Shown one piece after another: positions 44,610-53,065 of a DNA stretch of 64,000 nt. Source of the DNA: Bacillota bacterium. GTDB taxonomy: Bacteria; Bacillota; Proteinivoracia; UBA4975. The notes below the pieces were generated by a model. That model had not been told where the DNA came from and made no database searches. It saw nothing but the letters and a program-made list of their open reading frames with translations. The translations under genes were made by a program, and so were the position numbers. The DNA is taken from assembly GCA_012523545.1 (NCBI GenBank), contig JAAYIH010000036.1, forward strand, positions 37,978 through 101,977, in the 5' to 3' direction. Within the stretch, counting starts at the first letter, position 1. Every line of letters starts with the position of its first letter.

Positions 44610-44690
44610 GTGAAAATCCGGGCCGTAAAACTGCCCCCTGTTATTTCCGCCCTGGTCAGGGTGTTCTTCCGCAAAGCTGTTTTAAAATAA
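44610..44690 (+). CDS. spoVM: Stage V sporulation protein M (26 aa, MKIRAVKLPPVISALVRVFFRKAVLK), below the ORF-track cutoff
   Basis: GGAGGT 8 nt before GTG; MK...KLP9 amphipathic helix; canonical position between thiN and rpmB. Confidence 0.85.
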   Translation: MKIRAVKLPPVISALVRVFFRKAVLK

Positions 44691-44711
44691 AAAAGCGCAT
44701 TTGCGCTTTTT
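44690..44711. terminator. Bidirectional terminator between spoVM and rpmB
   Basis: AAAAAGCGC-ATTT-GCGCTTTTT. Confidence 0.85.
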
Positions 44712-44713
44712 GT

Positions 44714-44905
44714 CTATATAGCCCGCTTTACCTTGCCCGATTTAAGACAACGGGTGCAAACCCTGATCCGCCTGACAGTACCGTCCAAATCGGCCTTAAC
44801 GCGTTGCAGGTTGGGCGCCCATTTTCTCTTGGTGCGGATATGGGAGTGGCTGACCTGGAATCCGCTGCGGACGCTTTTTGCACAAATGGCGCATTGCCTG
44901 GCCAT
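44714..44905 (-). CDS. rpmB: 50S ribosomal protein L28
   Basis: MARQCAICAK, VSHSHIRTKRKWAPNLQ, VCTRCLKSGKV. Confidence 0.97.
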   Translation of the reverse strand: MARQCAICAKSVRSGFQVSHSHIRTKRKWAPNLQRVKADLDGTVRRIRVCTRCLKSGKVKRAI

Positions 44906-44932
44906 GTTTACACCTCCTTGTTCACAAAGAGT

Positions 44933-44961
44933 ATTCTAGCATACGGTGCAGGAATTGGCAA
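44933..44961 (-). promoter_or_regulatory. sigmaA promoter of rpmB
   Basis: Minus strand TTGCCA-N17-TAGAAT with an extended TG. Confidence 0.7.
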
Positions 44962-45035
44962 GGCAAAGGCGGCAGGCTTTTTTTTTGCCTGGATTTATAG
45001 TACAATTAGACTTATGCAAAGGAGGTGTCGAGTGC

Positions 45036-45395
45036 ATGCGTATGGAGACGGAACTGGGGACCATTGAAATTTCCAGCGATGCCATCGCAACTATAGCCGG
45101 AATTGCCGCGGTGGAGTGCTATGGCCTTGTGGGCATGGCTTCGCGCAAGCAACTGAAGGACGGACTGGTGGAGTTGCTGGGGCGGGAAAACTTGAGCCGA
45201 GGCGTCGAAGTCAGGGAGGCTAATGGAGAGCTGATTATCGATTTATATATTATAGTGGGATATGGCACCCGGATTAATGAGGTTGCCAACAATGTCATAT
45301 CCACTGTGAAATATTCCGTTGAAAAGTATACCGGCCTCAGAGTGGGAGAAATCAATGTCAATGTGCAGGGAGTTCGGGTTACCAACGGCAAGTAG
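45036..45395 (+). CDS. yloU: Asp23/Gls24-family protein YloU
   Basis: IATIAGIAAVECYGLVGM, ENLSRGV, IIVGYGT, NVNVQGVRV. Confidence 0.92.
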   Translation: MRMETELGTIEISSDAIATIAGIAAVECYGLVGMASRKQLKDGLVELLGRENLSRGVEVREANGELIIDLYIIVGYGTRINEVANNVISTVKYSVEKYTGLRVGEINVNVQGVRVTNGK

Positions 45396-45409
45396 AGGAG
45401 GAACATATC

Positions 45410-47023
45410 TTGAAGTATACCGCCTTAAATGCTGAACAGTTAAAGGGTATGTTGATGGCCGGTGCCGCATCCCTGGCACGTCACAAAGAGGAAATCAACA
45501 GCCTGAACGTCTTTCCTGTTCCCGACGGAGATACCGGAACCAACATGAACCTAACCATGGAAGCAGCCAACCGGGAAATGAACAAGGATGGAGTCACCAC
45601 CATCAAGGACGTGACTGATGCTCTGTCCATGGGTTCTCTGATGGGAGCGCGGGGAAATTCCGGCGTCATTCTTTCCCAGATATTCCGCGGTTTTGCCAAA
45701 GGTCTTTCTGAAGCCAGGAGCATTACCCCTGCCGTATTTGCCAACGCACTGCAGACAGGCGTGGAAACTGCCTATAAAGCGGTGATCAAGCCGGTGGAGG
45801 GAACCATTTTGACCGTCGCCAAAAGTTCGGCCCGGGCGGCGGTTCGCTACGCCCGCAGCGGCGATTTTGCCGTCATGATGGGGCATGTCCTGGAAGAAGC
45901 CAACCGCGCCCTGGCCAATACTCCCAACATGTTGCCGGTCTTAAAGGAAGCGGGAGTAGTGGATGCCGGCGGCAAGGGCCTGTGCTATATCCTGCAGGGT
46001 TGGCTGGATTACCTGGAAGGCCGGGTATCGGAACAGGCTGAACTGGTTGTTGACTCCCGGCGGATTCCGGAAACCAGGGTTGATTCTGATCTGGAATACG
46101 TTTACTGCACCGAGTTCATCGTTACCGGTGACAATCTCAGCGAGGAAGTCTTCAGGAATCATTTGGCGCCGTTGGGTGATTCCTTATTGGTGGTTGGCGC
46201 CAGCGGATTAATAAAAGTTCATATTCATACTAATAACCCGGGTTCAGTTTTGGAATTCGCTCTTTCCCAGGGGAAAGAGCTTCAGGATATAAAGATTGAC
46301 AATATGCGGTTCCAACATAATGAAGTTATGTCTGCTCCGGCAGAGGAAGAGGTTCAGGAACCGAGCCAAAACGGCGTCATCGCCGTGGCGGCGGGTTCCG
46401 GCCTGGCGGAAATATTCAAGAGTATGGGCGCGGATTACGTGGTCATGGGCGGCCAGACCATGAATCCCAGTACCGAAGATTTTTTGCAGGCCATTGACAA
46501 AGTCAGGGCCAGGCAGATTATCATTTTGCCCAATAACGGCAATGTGATAATGGCCGCCCAGCAAGCTGCAGAAGTGGCTTCCCTGCCCGTTGCCGTCGTG
46601 CCTTCCAAAACTATTCCCCAGGGCTTTGCTGCACTGCTCAACTACTCTCCTGACGAGCAAGACCTGGCGAAGGTTGCCGCCGATATGGAAGCCGGGATGA
46701 GCGGCGTCAAGACGGGGCAGGTTACTTTTGCCGTCAGGGATTCTGTCTTTGAAGGCAAGCCCATTGCCGAAGGCAATATTCTGGGCATTGCCGACGGCAA
46801 AATTGTCACGGTAGAGGACAATGTCTTTGCCACCACCGTAAATCTGGTCAATCTGATGAAAGATGAGGATACGGAAGTTATCACGCTGTTTTACGGGGAA
46901 AACGTCGACCAGGATGAAGCGGAAAAAATTGCCAGCCATCTTGCCGAGGCTCACCCCGATTGTGAAATCGAACTGCATTATGGCGGTCAGCCCCTGTATT
47001 TCTTTATAGTTGCTGTCGAGTAA
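45410..47023 (+). CDS. fakA: DAK2-domain fatty acid kinase subunit A (YloV/FakA)
   Basis: INSLNVFPVPDGDTGTNM, GARGNSGVILSQ, PVEGTILTV, VDAGG, YCTEF, KVHIHT, GGQTMNPS, GGQPLY. Confidence 0.95.
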   Translation: MKYTALNAEQLKGMLMAGAASLARHKEEINSLNVFPVPDGDTGTNMNLTMEAANREMNKDGVTTIKDVTDALSMGSLMGARGNSGVILSQIFRGFAKGLSEARSITPAVFANALQTGVETAYKAVIKPVEGTILTVAKSSARAAVRYARSGDFAVMMGHVLEEANRALANTPNMLPVLKEAGVVDAGGKGLCYILQGWLDYLEGRVSEQAELVVDSRRIPETRVDSDLEYVYCTEFIVTGDNLSEEVFRNHLAPLGDSLLVVGASGLIKVHIHTNNPGSVLEFALSQGKELQDIKIDNMRFQHNEVMSAPAEEEVQEPSQNGVIAVAAGSGLAEIFKSMGADYVVMGGQTMNPSTEDFLQAIDKVRARQIIILPNNGNVIMAAQQAAEVASLPVAVVPSKTIPQGFAALLNYSPDEQDLAKVAADMEAGMSGVKTGQVTFAVRDSVFEGKPIAEGNILGIADGKIVTVEDNVFATTVNLVNLMKDEDTEVITLFYGENVDQDEAEKIASHLAEAHPDCEIELHYGGQPLYFFIVAVE

Positions 47024-47046
47024 AACCAGGCGCCTGCCTGGTTTTT
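47022..47046 (+). terminator. Intrinsic terminator after fakA
   Basis: AAAACCAGGC-GCCT-GCCTGGTTTT. Confidence 0.8.
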
Positions 47047-47061
47047 TAGGGGGGAAAATGC

Positions 47062-49059
47062 GTGAGCACAGCTGTTCAGTATCTAAAAGGCGTAGGTCCC
47101 GCCCGGGCCAAACGTTTGGCCAAACTGAACTTATATACAGTCGCTGATTTGGTTCACCACTATCCCCGCTCTTACCAGGTCCGCCGCCGGGCAAAAATCG
47201 GCGATTTGCCTGCCCACTCAGGGGAAACGGTGTTGGTGCGCGGCACAATTGCGGGTACGCCGGAAGTGAGGCTGAGCAGGGTTCCCCTGTTGCTTGCCGT
47301 CATTGCCGATGAAACCGGTTCAGTTCGCTGCACCTGGTTCAATCAAAACTACCTTAAGTCCCGGCTGAAGCCGGGCATGCACATTACCGTTGCCGGCAAG
47401 TATTCCGGCGAGTACAGAAATATAGTGGTGGAGCAGTACGCCCTGGAGCAGGATTTGCCGGAAATCCTGCCCCTGTATAATCTGACCCAGGGCATTTCCA
47501 ATGCTGTAATGGGGCAAATCATTGCCGCGGCTATGCGGGAGCACCGGGAAACGGAACTTTTCCCGGCGGATTTTCGGCAAAAATACCGGCTGTTGCCGGC
47601 ACAAAAAGCGCTGGAGGTCATTCACTTTCCCGCGGCCCAGGGAGAATTGGAGCAGGCGCAGTACACCATAAAATTTACAGAGCTTTTTGTGTACCAGCTG
47701 AGTTTTTTGTACTGGCGCAAAATCAAGCAACAGCTGCGCGGTTATTGTCTTCAGCCCTGTCCGGATTTATTGACTCGCCTGGAAACCGCCTATGGCTTCA
47801 GGTTTACTCCCGATCAGGCTCGGGCGATGAAGGAAATAGAGGACGACCTCAGCAGGCCGGTACCCATGAACCGGTTATTGCAGGGCGATGTGGGCAGCGG
47901 CAAGACGGCAGTAGCCAGCTACGGACTGTTTACCTGTGCTCTCAACGGCTACAAAGCCGTTATGATGGTCCCCACCGAGATAGTTGCCCGGCAGCACTAT
48001 GCCACCCTGAAGCAGGTGGCAGCTTCCTTTGGCATTCCAGTGTTCCTCCTGACGGGGGCTGCAAAAAAATCGGAAAGGGAGATGGTCCAGGCCGAATTAA
48101 ACAAGAACCAGGGGCTGGTGCTGGTGGGAACCCATGCCTTGTTTCAGGAAGGAGTTAGCATCCCCGGGCTGGCATTGGTGGTTACCGACGAGCAGCACCG
48201 CTTTGGCGTGCAACAGCGCTTTGCCCTGACTGAGAAGGGCGAAAACCCTCATGTTTTGGCGATGTCCGCCACCCCGATTCCCCGCACCCTGGCCATGACC
48301 ATTTACGGCGACCTGGACATCTCGGCGCTCAGAATGAAGCCCGGCGGGCGCAAAAAAATAATAACCCGCGTCCTCCACAGCAGCAGGAGGCAGCAGGTTT
48401 TTGACTTTATCAGCGGAGAAATAGCCAAGGGCAATGTGGGGTACATTGTGTGTCCCCTCATTGAAGACTCGGAAAAAGTGGATGCCCTGTCCCTGGAAAA
48501 ATACCAGGCTCTGTTGAAGCGCGGCTTGCCCCAGTGGTGCAAATTTGGCGTCCTCCACGGCAGAATGAGCGGCGAGGAAAAGGAACAGATTGTCGCCGCG
48601 CTAAAAAAGAGAGAGGTGCACATCCTGCTGGCCACTACGGTGGTGGAGGTGGGGGTGGATGTGGCCGACGCGACTTTTATGGTCGTTGAAAACAGTGAAC
48701 GCTACGGTCTGGCCCAGCTCCACCAACTCAGAGGGCGCGTAGGCCGCCGGGACCGGCAAAGTTACTGCTTTTTGCTCACCGACGGCCAAGACCGGGAAAG
48801 GCTGAAGATCCTGGAGGAAACTGACGACGGCCTGGCGGTGTCCATGGCCGATCTGCAGATTCGGGGCAGCGGCCAGTTATTGGGGCTCAGGCAGCATGGG
48901 GTCAACGAGTTTGTGCTGGCCGACGTCGTCAGGGACGGTGATATCGCCCGGGTTTCCCGGGCGGCGGCCCGGGAAACGGTACCTGTCCTGGATACTGCAC
49001 CGGAGTGGCAACAGGTTTGGGAAGTTGTGCAGGAAAAAATTAGAAACTTAAAAAGCTAG
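47062..49059 (+). CDS. recG: ATP-dependent DNA helicase RecG
   Basis: YLKGVGP, LLQGDVGSGKT, DEQHRFGV, MSATPIPRTL, TTVVEVGVDV, GLAQLHQLRGRVGR. Confidence 0.97.
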   Translation: MSTAVQYLKGVGPARAKRLAKLNLYTVADLVHHYPRSYQVRRRAKIGDLPAHSGETVLVRGTIAGTPEVRLSRVPLLLAVIADETGSVRCTWFNQNYLKSRLKPGMHITVAGKYSGEYRNIVVEQYALEQDLPEILPLYNLTQGISNAVMGQIIAAAMREHRETELFPADFRQKYRLLPAQKALEVIHFPAAQGELEQAQYTIKFTELFVYQLSFLYWRKIKQQLRGYCLQPCPDLLTRLETAYGFRFTPDQARAMKEIEDDLSRPVPMNRLLQGDVGSGKTAVASYGLFTCALNGYKAVMMVPTEIVARQHYATLKQVAASFGIPVFLLTGAAKKSEREMVQAELNKNQGLVLVGTHALFQEGVSIPGLALVVTDEQHRFGVQQRFALTEKGENPHVLAMSATPIPRTLAMTIYGDLDISALRMKPGGRKKIITRVLHSSRRQQVFDFISGEIAKGNVGYIVCPLIEDSEKVDALSLEKYQALLKRGLPQWCKFGVLHGRMSGEEKEQIVAALKKREVHILLATTVVEVGVDVADATFMVVENSERYGLAQLHQLRGRVGRRDRQSYCFLLTDGQDRERLKILEETDDGLAVSMADLQIRGSGQLLGLRQHGVNEFVLADVVRDGDIARVSRAAARETVPVLDTAPEWQQVWEVVQEKIRNLKS

Positions 49060-49090
49060 AACAAAATAATTCTAGCTTTCTCTTTTTTTT
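49052..49090 (+). terminator. Terminator after recG
   Basis: AAAGCTAGAA-N8-TTCTAGCTTT plus CTC and T8. Confidence 0.7.
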
Positions 49091-49108
49091 ACTAGGAAAT
49101 GAATACTA

Positions 49109-49137
49109 GTATACAAAATTTCTCCTCTGCAATAATA
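49109..49137 (+). promoter_or_regulatory. sigmaG-type promoter for the SASP genes
   Basis: GTATA-N17-AATAATA. Confidence 0.6.
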
Positions 49138-49166
49138 AAAGTAGACCAACGAAGGAGGTGAGGAGA

Positions 49167-49391
49167 TTGGCACGTCGTCGCAGACGCAGAACTGTTGTGC
49201 CTGGTGCAGAACAGGTTCTGGACCGCTTTAAGTATGAAGTTGCCAACGAACTGGGGATTGCCAACCAGATTCAATCCCAGGGTTGGGAAAATATGACTAC
49301 CAGAGAAGTCGGTACTGTCGGGGGCATGATGGTCAAGAGAATGCTTCAGGAAGCTGAAAGGACACTGGCCAGCCGCGGCCAACTTCGGTAG
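49167..49391 (+). CDS. alpha/beta-type small acid-soluble spore protein (Arg-rich N-terminus)
   Basis: VPGAEQVLDRFKYEVANELG...GTVGGMMVKRM; SD AAGGAGGTG. Confidence 0.9.
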   Translation: MARRRRRRTVVPGAEQVLDRFKYEVANELGIANQIQSQGWENMTTREVGTVGGMMVKRMLQEAERTLASRGQLR

Positions 49392-49428
49392 CTGAAAATA
49401 TAAATACAGACCTGTGGAGGTGAAATCG

Positions 49429-49674
49429 ATGCAATATCAACCCGAAAGGAATCAGGGTTACGAAACCAAGCGCATTCTTGTGCCAGAAGCTGAACAGGCT
49501 ATGGAAAACTTCAAGAATGAAATCGCCTCCGAACTGGGGCTCAGCCAAAGAATCCAAACCGTCGGCTTTCCCAACATGACTCCCAGGGAAACCGGTCAAA
49601 TTGGCGGGCAAATGGTTCGCAGGATGATAGAAATGGTTGAAAGCAGCATGTCCGGCGGCACAACCAGCCGGTAA
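49429..49674 (+). CDS. Second alpha/beta-type SASP
   Basis: LVPEAEQAMENFKNEIASELG (GPR site EIASE)...TPRETGQIGGQMVRRMI. Confidence 0.9.
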   Translation: MQYQPERNQGYETKRILVPEAEQAMENFKNEIASELGLSQRIQTVGFPNMTPRETGQIGGQMVRRMIEMVESSMSGGTTSR

Positions 49675-49678
49675 GTTT

Positions 49679-49702
49679 AAACGGGGCATTTGCCCCGTTT
49701 TA
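49679..49702 (+). terminator. Terminator after the SASP pair
   Basis: AAACGGGGC-ATTT-GCCCCGTTT plus T. Confidence 0.85.
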
Positions 49703-49709
49703 TTGTACT

Positions 49710-49911
49710 TGGTTACTGGCGACCCGGGGGAGGATCGCCAGCCTGGGAGAGGAGAAACCGGAGGAGAAAGGGTAGTCTGGAATTTTTCCGGGAATAATCT
49801 TCATCCTTTGGAAAAATTCCCTTGACTCCGGCTCACTACTAGTTTGGTTTTTTATCTGCAGTTTATTCATTCCCGGTAAAAAAATTTTATTTTATTTGCC
49901 GGGATTTTTTT
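49710..49911 (+). ncRNA. Candidate structured non-coding RNA (unclassified), GGA-rich
   Basis: No credible ORF; hairpins 49716-49741 and 49779-49820 (perfect 11 bp), outer pairing 49758-63/49826-31, terminator-like 49871-49911; nine GGA in 84 nt; no clear promoter. Confidence 0.3.
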
Positions 49912-49925
49912 ATTTGTGGTATCAT
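49896..49925 (+). promoter_or_regulatory. sigmaA promoter for rsmD-coaD
   Basis: TTGCCG-N18-TATCAT with an extended TG. Confidence 0.5.
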
Positions 49926-49942
49926 AGGGGCGGTGAACGGCA

Positions 49943-50497
49943 ATGCGCGTTATCGCTGGAGAATTCAAGGGCAGAACCCTGCATACTTTGCCGGGGGAAC
50001 GCTCGCGGCCCACTACGGGCAAGGTGCGGGAAGCTGTATTTAGCCGCATCCAACATCTTGTTCCGGGCAGCACCTGGCTGGATTTATGTGCAGGCCACGG
50101 AGGCATGGGTATCGAGGCTTTGAGCAGGGGCGCAAAGTTCTGCTGGTTTGTGGACAATTATCCCCCGGCCTGTCGGGTAATTGCCAGAAACCTGGCGCTT
50201 TTGTCTCTTGATGCCAGGGCCGGAATCATCTGTGCCGATGCAGGGAAAGCCTGTCGCCGCCTGGCCAAAAGCTGCGGCCGCTGCATCGATATTGTATATC
50301 TGGATCCGCCTTACCGCCAACACGATGTATATGCCGATGCCATACGCAACCTGCCTTTGCTGCTGGTTCCCGGCGGTCTGTTGATAGTGGAACACAGTGC
50401 CGATTACCTGCCGCAGGTGGAATTTGCCCGGCAGGCGGTGACCAGAACATACGGTTCTACTGTGATCAGCTATTTTGAAATGGGGGAAAGCCGATGA
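49943..50497 (+). CDS. rsmD: 16S rRNA m2G966 methyltransferase
   Basis: MRVIAGEFKGR, RPTTGKVREAVF, LDLCAGHGGMGIEALSRGA, LDPPY. Confidence 0.95.
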   Translation: MRVIAGEFKGRTLHTLPGERSRPTTGKVREAVFSRIQHLVPGSTWLDLCAGHGGMGIEALSRGAKFCWFVDNYPPACRVIARNLALLSLDARAGIICADAGKACRRLAKSCGRCIDIVYLDPPYRQHDVYADAIRNLPLLLVPGGLLIVEHSADYLPQVEFARQAVTRTYGSTVISYFEMGESR

Positions 50498-50973
50498 CTA
50501 CAGCCATCTATCCCGGCAGTTTCGACCCTGTTACCATGGGGCATTTGGATATTATTCGCCGATCGGCGCGGATTTTTAGCCATGTATACGTCGCCGTTGC
50601 CCAAAATCCCCATAAGAAGCCGGATTTTTCTTTGGAGCAGCGCCGGGACTATTTGCTCAAGGTTACCAGGGACCTGGACAATGTGGAGGTCATAACCATC
50701 GACGGGCTGTTGGTGGAAGCGGCGCAAAAAAGAAATGCCCGCATTATCATCAAAGGGTTGCGGGCGATGACTGATTTTGAATATGAATTTCAAATGGCCT
50801 TGATGAACAAGAAATTGGGCAATGATGTGGAAACGCTGTTTATGGCCACCAGCACCAAGTATTCTTTTCTCAGCTCCAGTTTGGTTAAGGAAGTGGCCAG
50901 GCTGGGCGGGTGTATCGACGGTTTGGTCCCCGAGGAAGTGCGCGAAGATATTTTGGCTCAGTTGCGGCGCTGA
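50494..50973 (+). CDS. coaD: Phosphopantetheine adenylyltransferase
   Basis: AIYPGSFDPVTMGH, KGLRAMTDFEYE, SSSLVKEVA. Confidence 0.97.
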   Translation: MTTAIYPGSFDPVTMGHLDIIRRSARIFSHVYVAVAQNPHKKPDFSLEQRRDYLLKVTRDLDNVEVITIDGLLVEAAQKRNARIIIKGLRAMTDFEYEFQMALMNKKLGNDVETLFMATSTKYSFLSSSLVKEVARLGGCIDGLVPEEVREDILAQLRR

Positions 50974-52175
50974 TGGACGCGGAAAGCGGCCAGTTTGCAA
51001 TTGGCGCAGAAGGAGAAAATGAGGAGGAGCAGGCCTGCCCCGGCCCATATTAGCAGGGCCGAACACATATTTTGAGCGGCCAGCCAGTAACGGGTTGCCA
51101 GGCCGGCGCCGGAATATTGCACAACCCAGGCCGGGAGGGAAGGAACCCAGCCCAGTTTAAAGAGGAGGGCTGTATACAATGCCGCCAGGGCGGCGTGCAC
51201 AATACGGGCAAAGACATAGGGCCTGATGGACATGTCGGTTTTGCTGATAAATGCGGCCACCTGGCCGTGGACCGACAGGCCGCTCCAGGCAATGATGGCG
51301 CTCATGGCTATTATTTTGCCGCTCATGGGCAGAGCAGAGTGGGCCGCCTGCTGGCAGCCGATGGTAATTTCCAGCAGGCCGTTGACCGCCAGCAACACTG
51401 CTTGGGAGGACAACGCCAGGGCCGACTCCAGGTAACCCAAAAGGCCCGACGCGTTCAGCATTTCAATGGCCACCGAGAAACTTATTATAAAGCCGCCGAT
51501 GATCATCAGGGATTGCATGGACTTGCCGATGGCATCGCCCAGCAATTTTATCAGCGTCCGGCCGTCTTGTTGCCGGGTTCTGAGCAAAGCGCGGGCAGCC
51601 CGGGCCAGGATAAATTCTTTGTCTTCGGGGGCGCGTTGTGACGGAATTGCCCCGGGCTTGTGGAAGCGCATAATTATCCCGGTGGTCAGGCAGGAAAGGT
51701 AATGAGCTGCTACTAAAATCATGCCCGCTTGCGGCCAGCCCAGCATTCCCACTGCTACAGCTCCGGACATGAACAGGGGGTCGGCGGTATTGGCAAAGGA
51801 CATCAGGCGTTCCCCCTCTTCTTTGCTGAGATCGTTGCGTTCCCGGTATTCGGCGGTCAACATTGCCCCAATGGGGTATCCTGATGCCAACCCGACAGCA
51901 AGAACGAAGGCCCCGATGCCGGGGACCCGGAACAACGGCCGCATCAGGGGTTCCAGCAACGTACCCACAAAGTGCACCACTCCCAGCCCCGTCAATACCT
52001 CGGCGACGATAAAAAAGGGGAGCAGGGCGGGGAACACGATGTTCCACCAGACGTCGAAGCCGCGTACCGAAGCCAGAAAGGCCTGTTCGGGAAAGGCAAT
52101 CAGGGCTGCTGCAATTAAAAAACCGCCCAAGGCAAGCATATAGTATTTTATTTTTGTCCTTTTCTGGATTTGCAC
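50958..52175 (-). CDS. ylbJ: Sporulation integral membrane protein YlbJ (SpoVV)
   Basis: VWWNIVFPALLPFF, GLASGYPIGA, NTADPLFMSGAVAVG, GLLEITIG, WSGLSVHGQV; sigmaE-like AATACAAT -10 upstream on the minus strand (52196-52203). Confidence 0.9.
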   Translation of the reverse strand: MQIQKRTKIKYYMLALGGFLIAAALIAFPEQAFLASVRGFDVWWNIVFPALLPFFIVAEVLTGLGVVHFVGTLLEPLMRPLFRVPGIGAFVLAVGLASGYPIGAMLTAEYRERNDLSKEEGERLMSFANTADPLFMSGAVAVGMLGWPQAGMILVAAHYLSCLTTGIIMRFHKPGAIPSQRAPEDKEFILARAARALLRTRQQDGRTLIKLLGDAIGKSMQSLMIIGGFIISFSVAIEMLNASGLLGYLESALALSSQAVLLAVNGLLEITIGCQQAAHSALPMSGKIIAMSAIIAWSGLSVHGQVAAFISKTDMSIRPYVFARIVHAALAALYTALLFKLGWVPSLPAWVVQYSGAGLATRYWLAAQNMCSALLIWAGAGLLLLIFSFCANCKLAAFRVHQRRN

Positions 52176-52240
52176 ACCCATTCCCTCCACTAAACATTGT
52201 ATTAGAGGGAAAAAAATATATAACCGGGGAGGCGAAAAAT

Positions 52241-53065
52241 ATGGCGACGCGTCCCAAGATCGGTTTGGCCCTGGGGGCGGGGGCGGCCAGGGGGCTGGCC
52301 CACCTGGGCGTGCTCAAGGTCCTGGAAAAATATAAAATCCCCGTCGACTTTGTCGCCGGGTCCAGTATGGGCGCCTTGGTGGGGGCGCTGTATTGCGCCG
52401 GCCTCGAGGCGGATTTCCTTATCAAGTTTGCCAGGGAACTGCCGTCCAGATCCTGGGTAGATTTGGCTCTGCCCAGAAGCGGTCTGATCAGCGGCAAAAA
52501 AGTGGAGACGATGTTGCAAATGCTGACGCGCAACCGGGATTTTTCCCAACTGAAAATTCCCTTTGCGGCAGTAGCCACAGATATTGAACGGGGGGAAGCG
52601 GTGGTCCTCAAAGAGGGCAATGTGGCGGCGGCGGTCAGGGCCAGCATCAGCATCCCCGTCGTTTTTAAGCCGGTGCGCCTCGGTCAGCGCCTCCTTGTGG
52701 ACGGCGGCGTGGTCGACCGCGTGCCGGTTTCGGTGGTGAGGGAAATGGGCGCGGATGTGGTTATCGCCGTGGACGTCAACAAATTTGTCAGTTATCAGCC
52801 GGTAAAAAACATAATCGATGTCATGCTGCAAACCCTGGACATAATGGAAAGGAAAATCCTGGATGCCCGGGTTCTGGACACCGAAGTGCTGATTCGCCCC
52901 AAAGTTGGGCATATCAGCCCGGCTCATTTTCACCGGGTGGACGAACTGGTGCAGGCGGGAGTGGAAGCGACGGAGGCGGCCATCAGCAAGATTGGTTACG
53001 TTTTGCGCTGCAGGCTCCCGGCTCCGGCCGCTGAAGGCGGGGCTAAATCCGGGCAGGAGTCCTGA
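52241..53065 (+). CDS. Patatin-like phospholipase (YlbK)
   Basis: LALGAGAARGLAHLGV, GSSMG (GxSxG), VRASISIP, LVDGGV. Confidence 0.92.
   Translation: MATRPKIGLALGAGAARGLAHLGVLKVLEKYKIPVDFVAGSSMGALVGALYCAGLEADFLIKFARELPSRSWVDLALPRSGLISGKKVETMLQMLTRNRDFSQLKIPFAAVATDIERGEAVVLKEGNVAAAVRASISIPVVFKPVRLGQRLLVDGGVVDRVPVSVVREMGADVVIAVDVNKFVSYQPVKNIIDVMLQTLDIMERKILDARVLDTEVLIRPKVGHISPAHFHRVDELVQAGVEATEAAISKIGYVLRCRLPAPAAEGGAKSGQES

Noticed and set aside
49700-49870. 56-codon minus-strand ORF (MNKLQIKNQ...) in the structured intergenic region
   Set aside because: No SD at a usable distance and no recognisable features; likely chance
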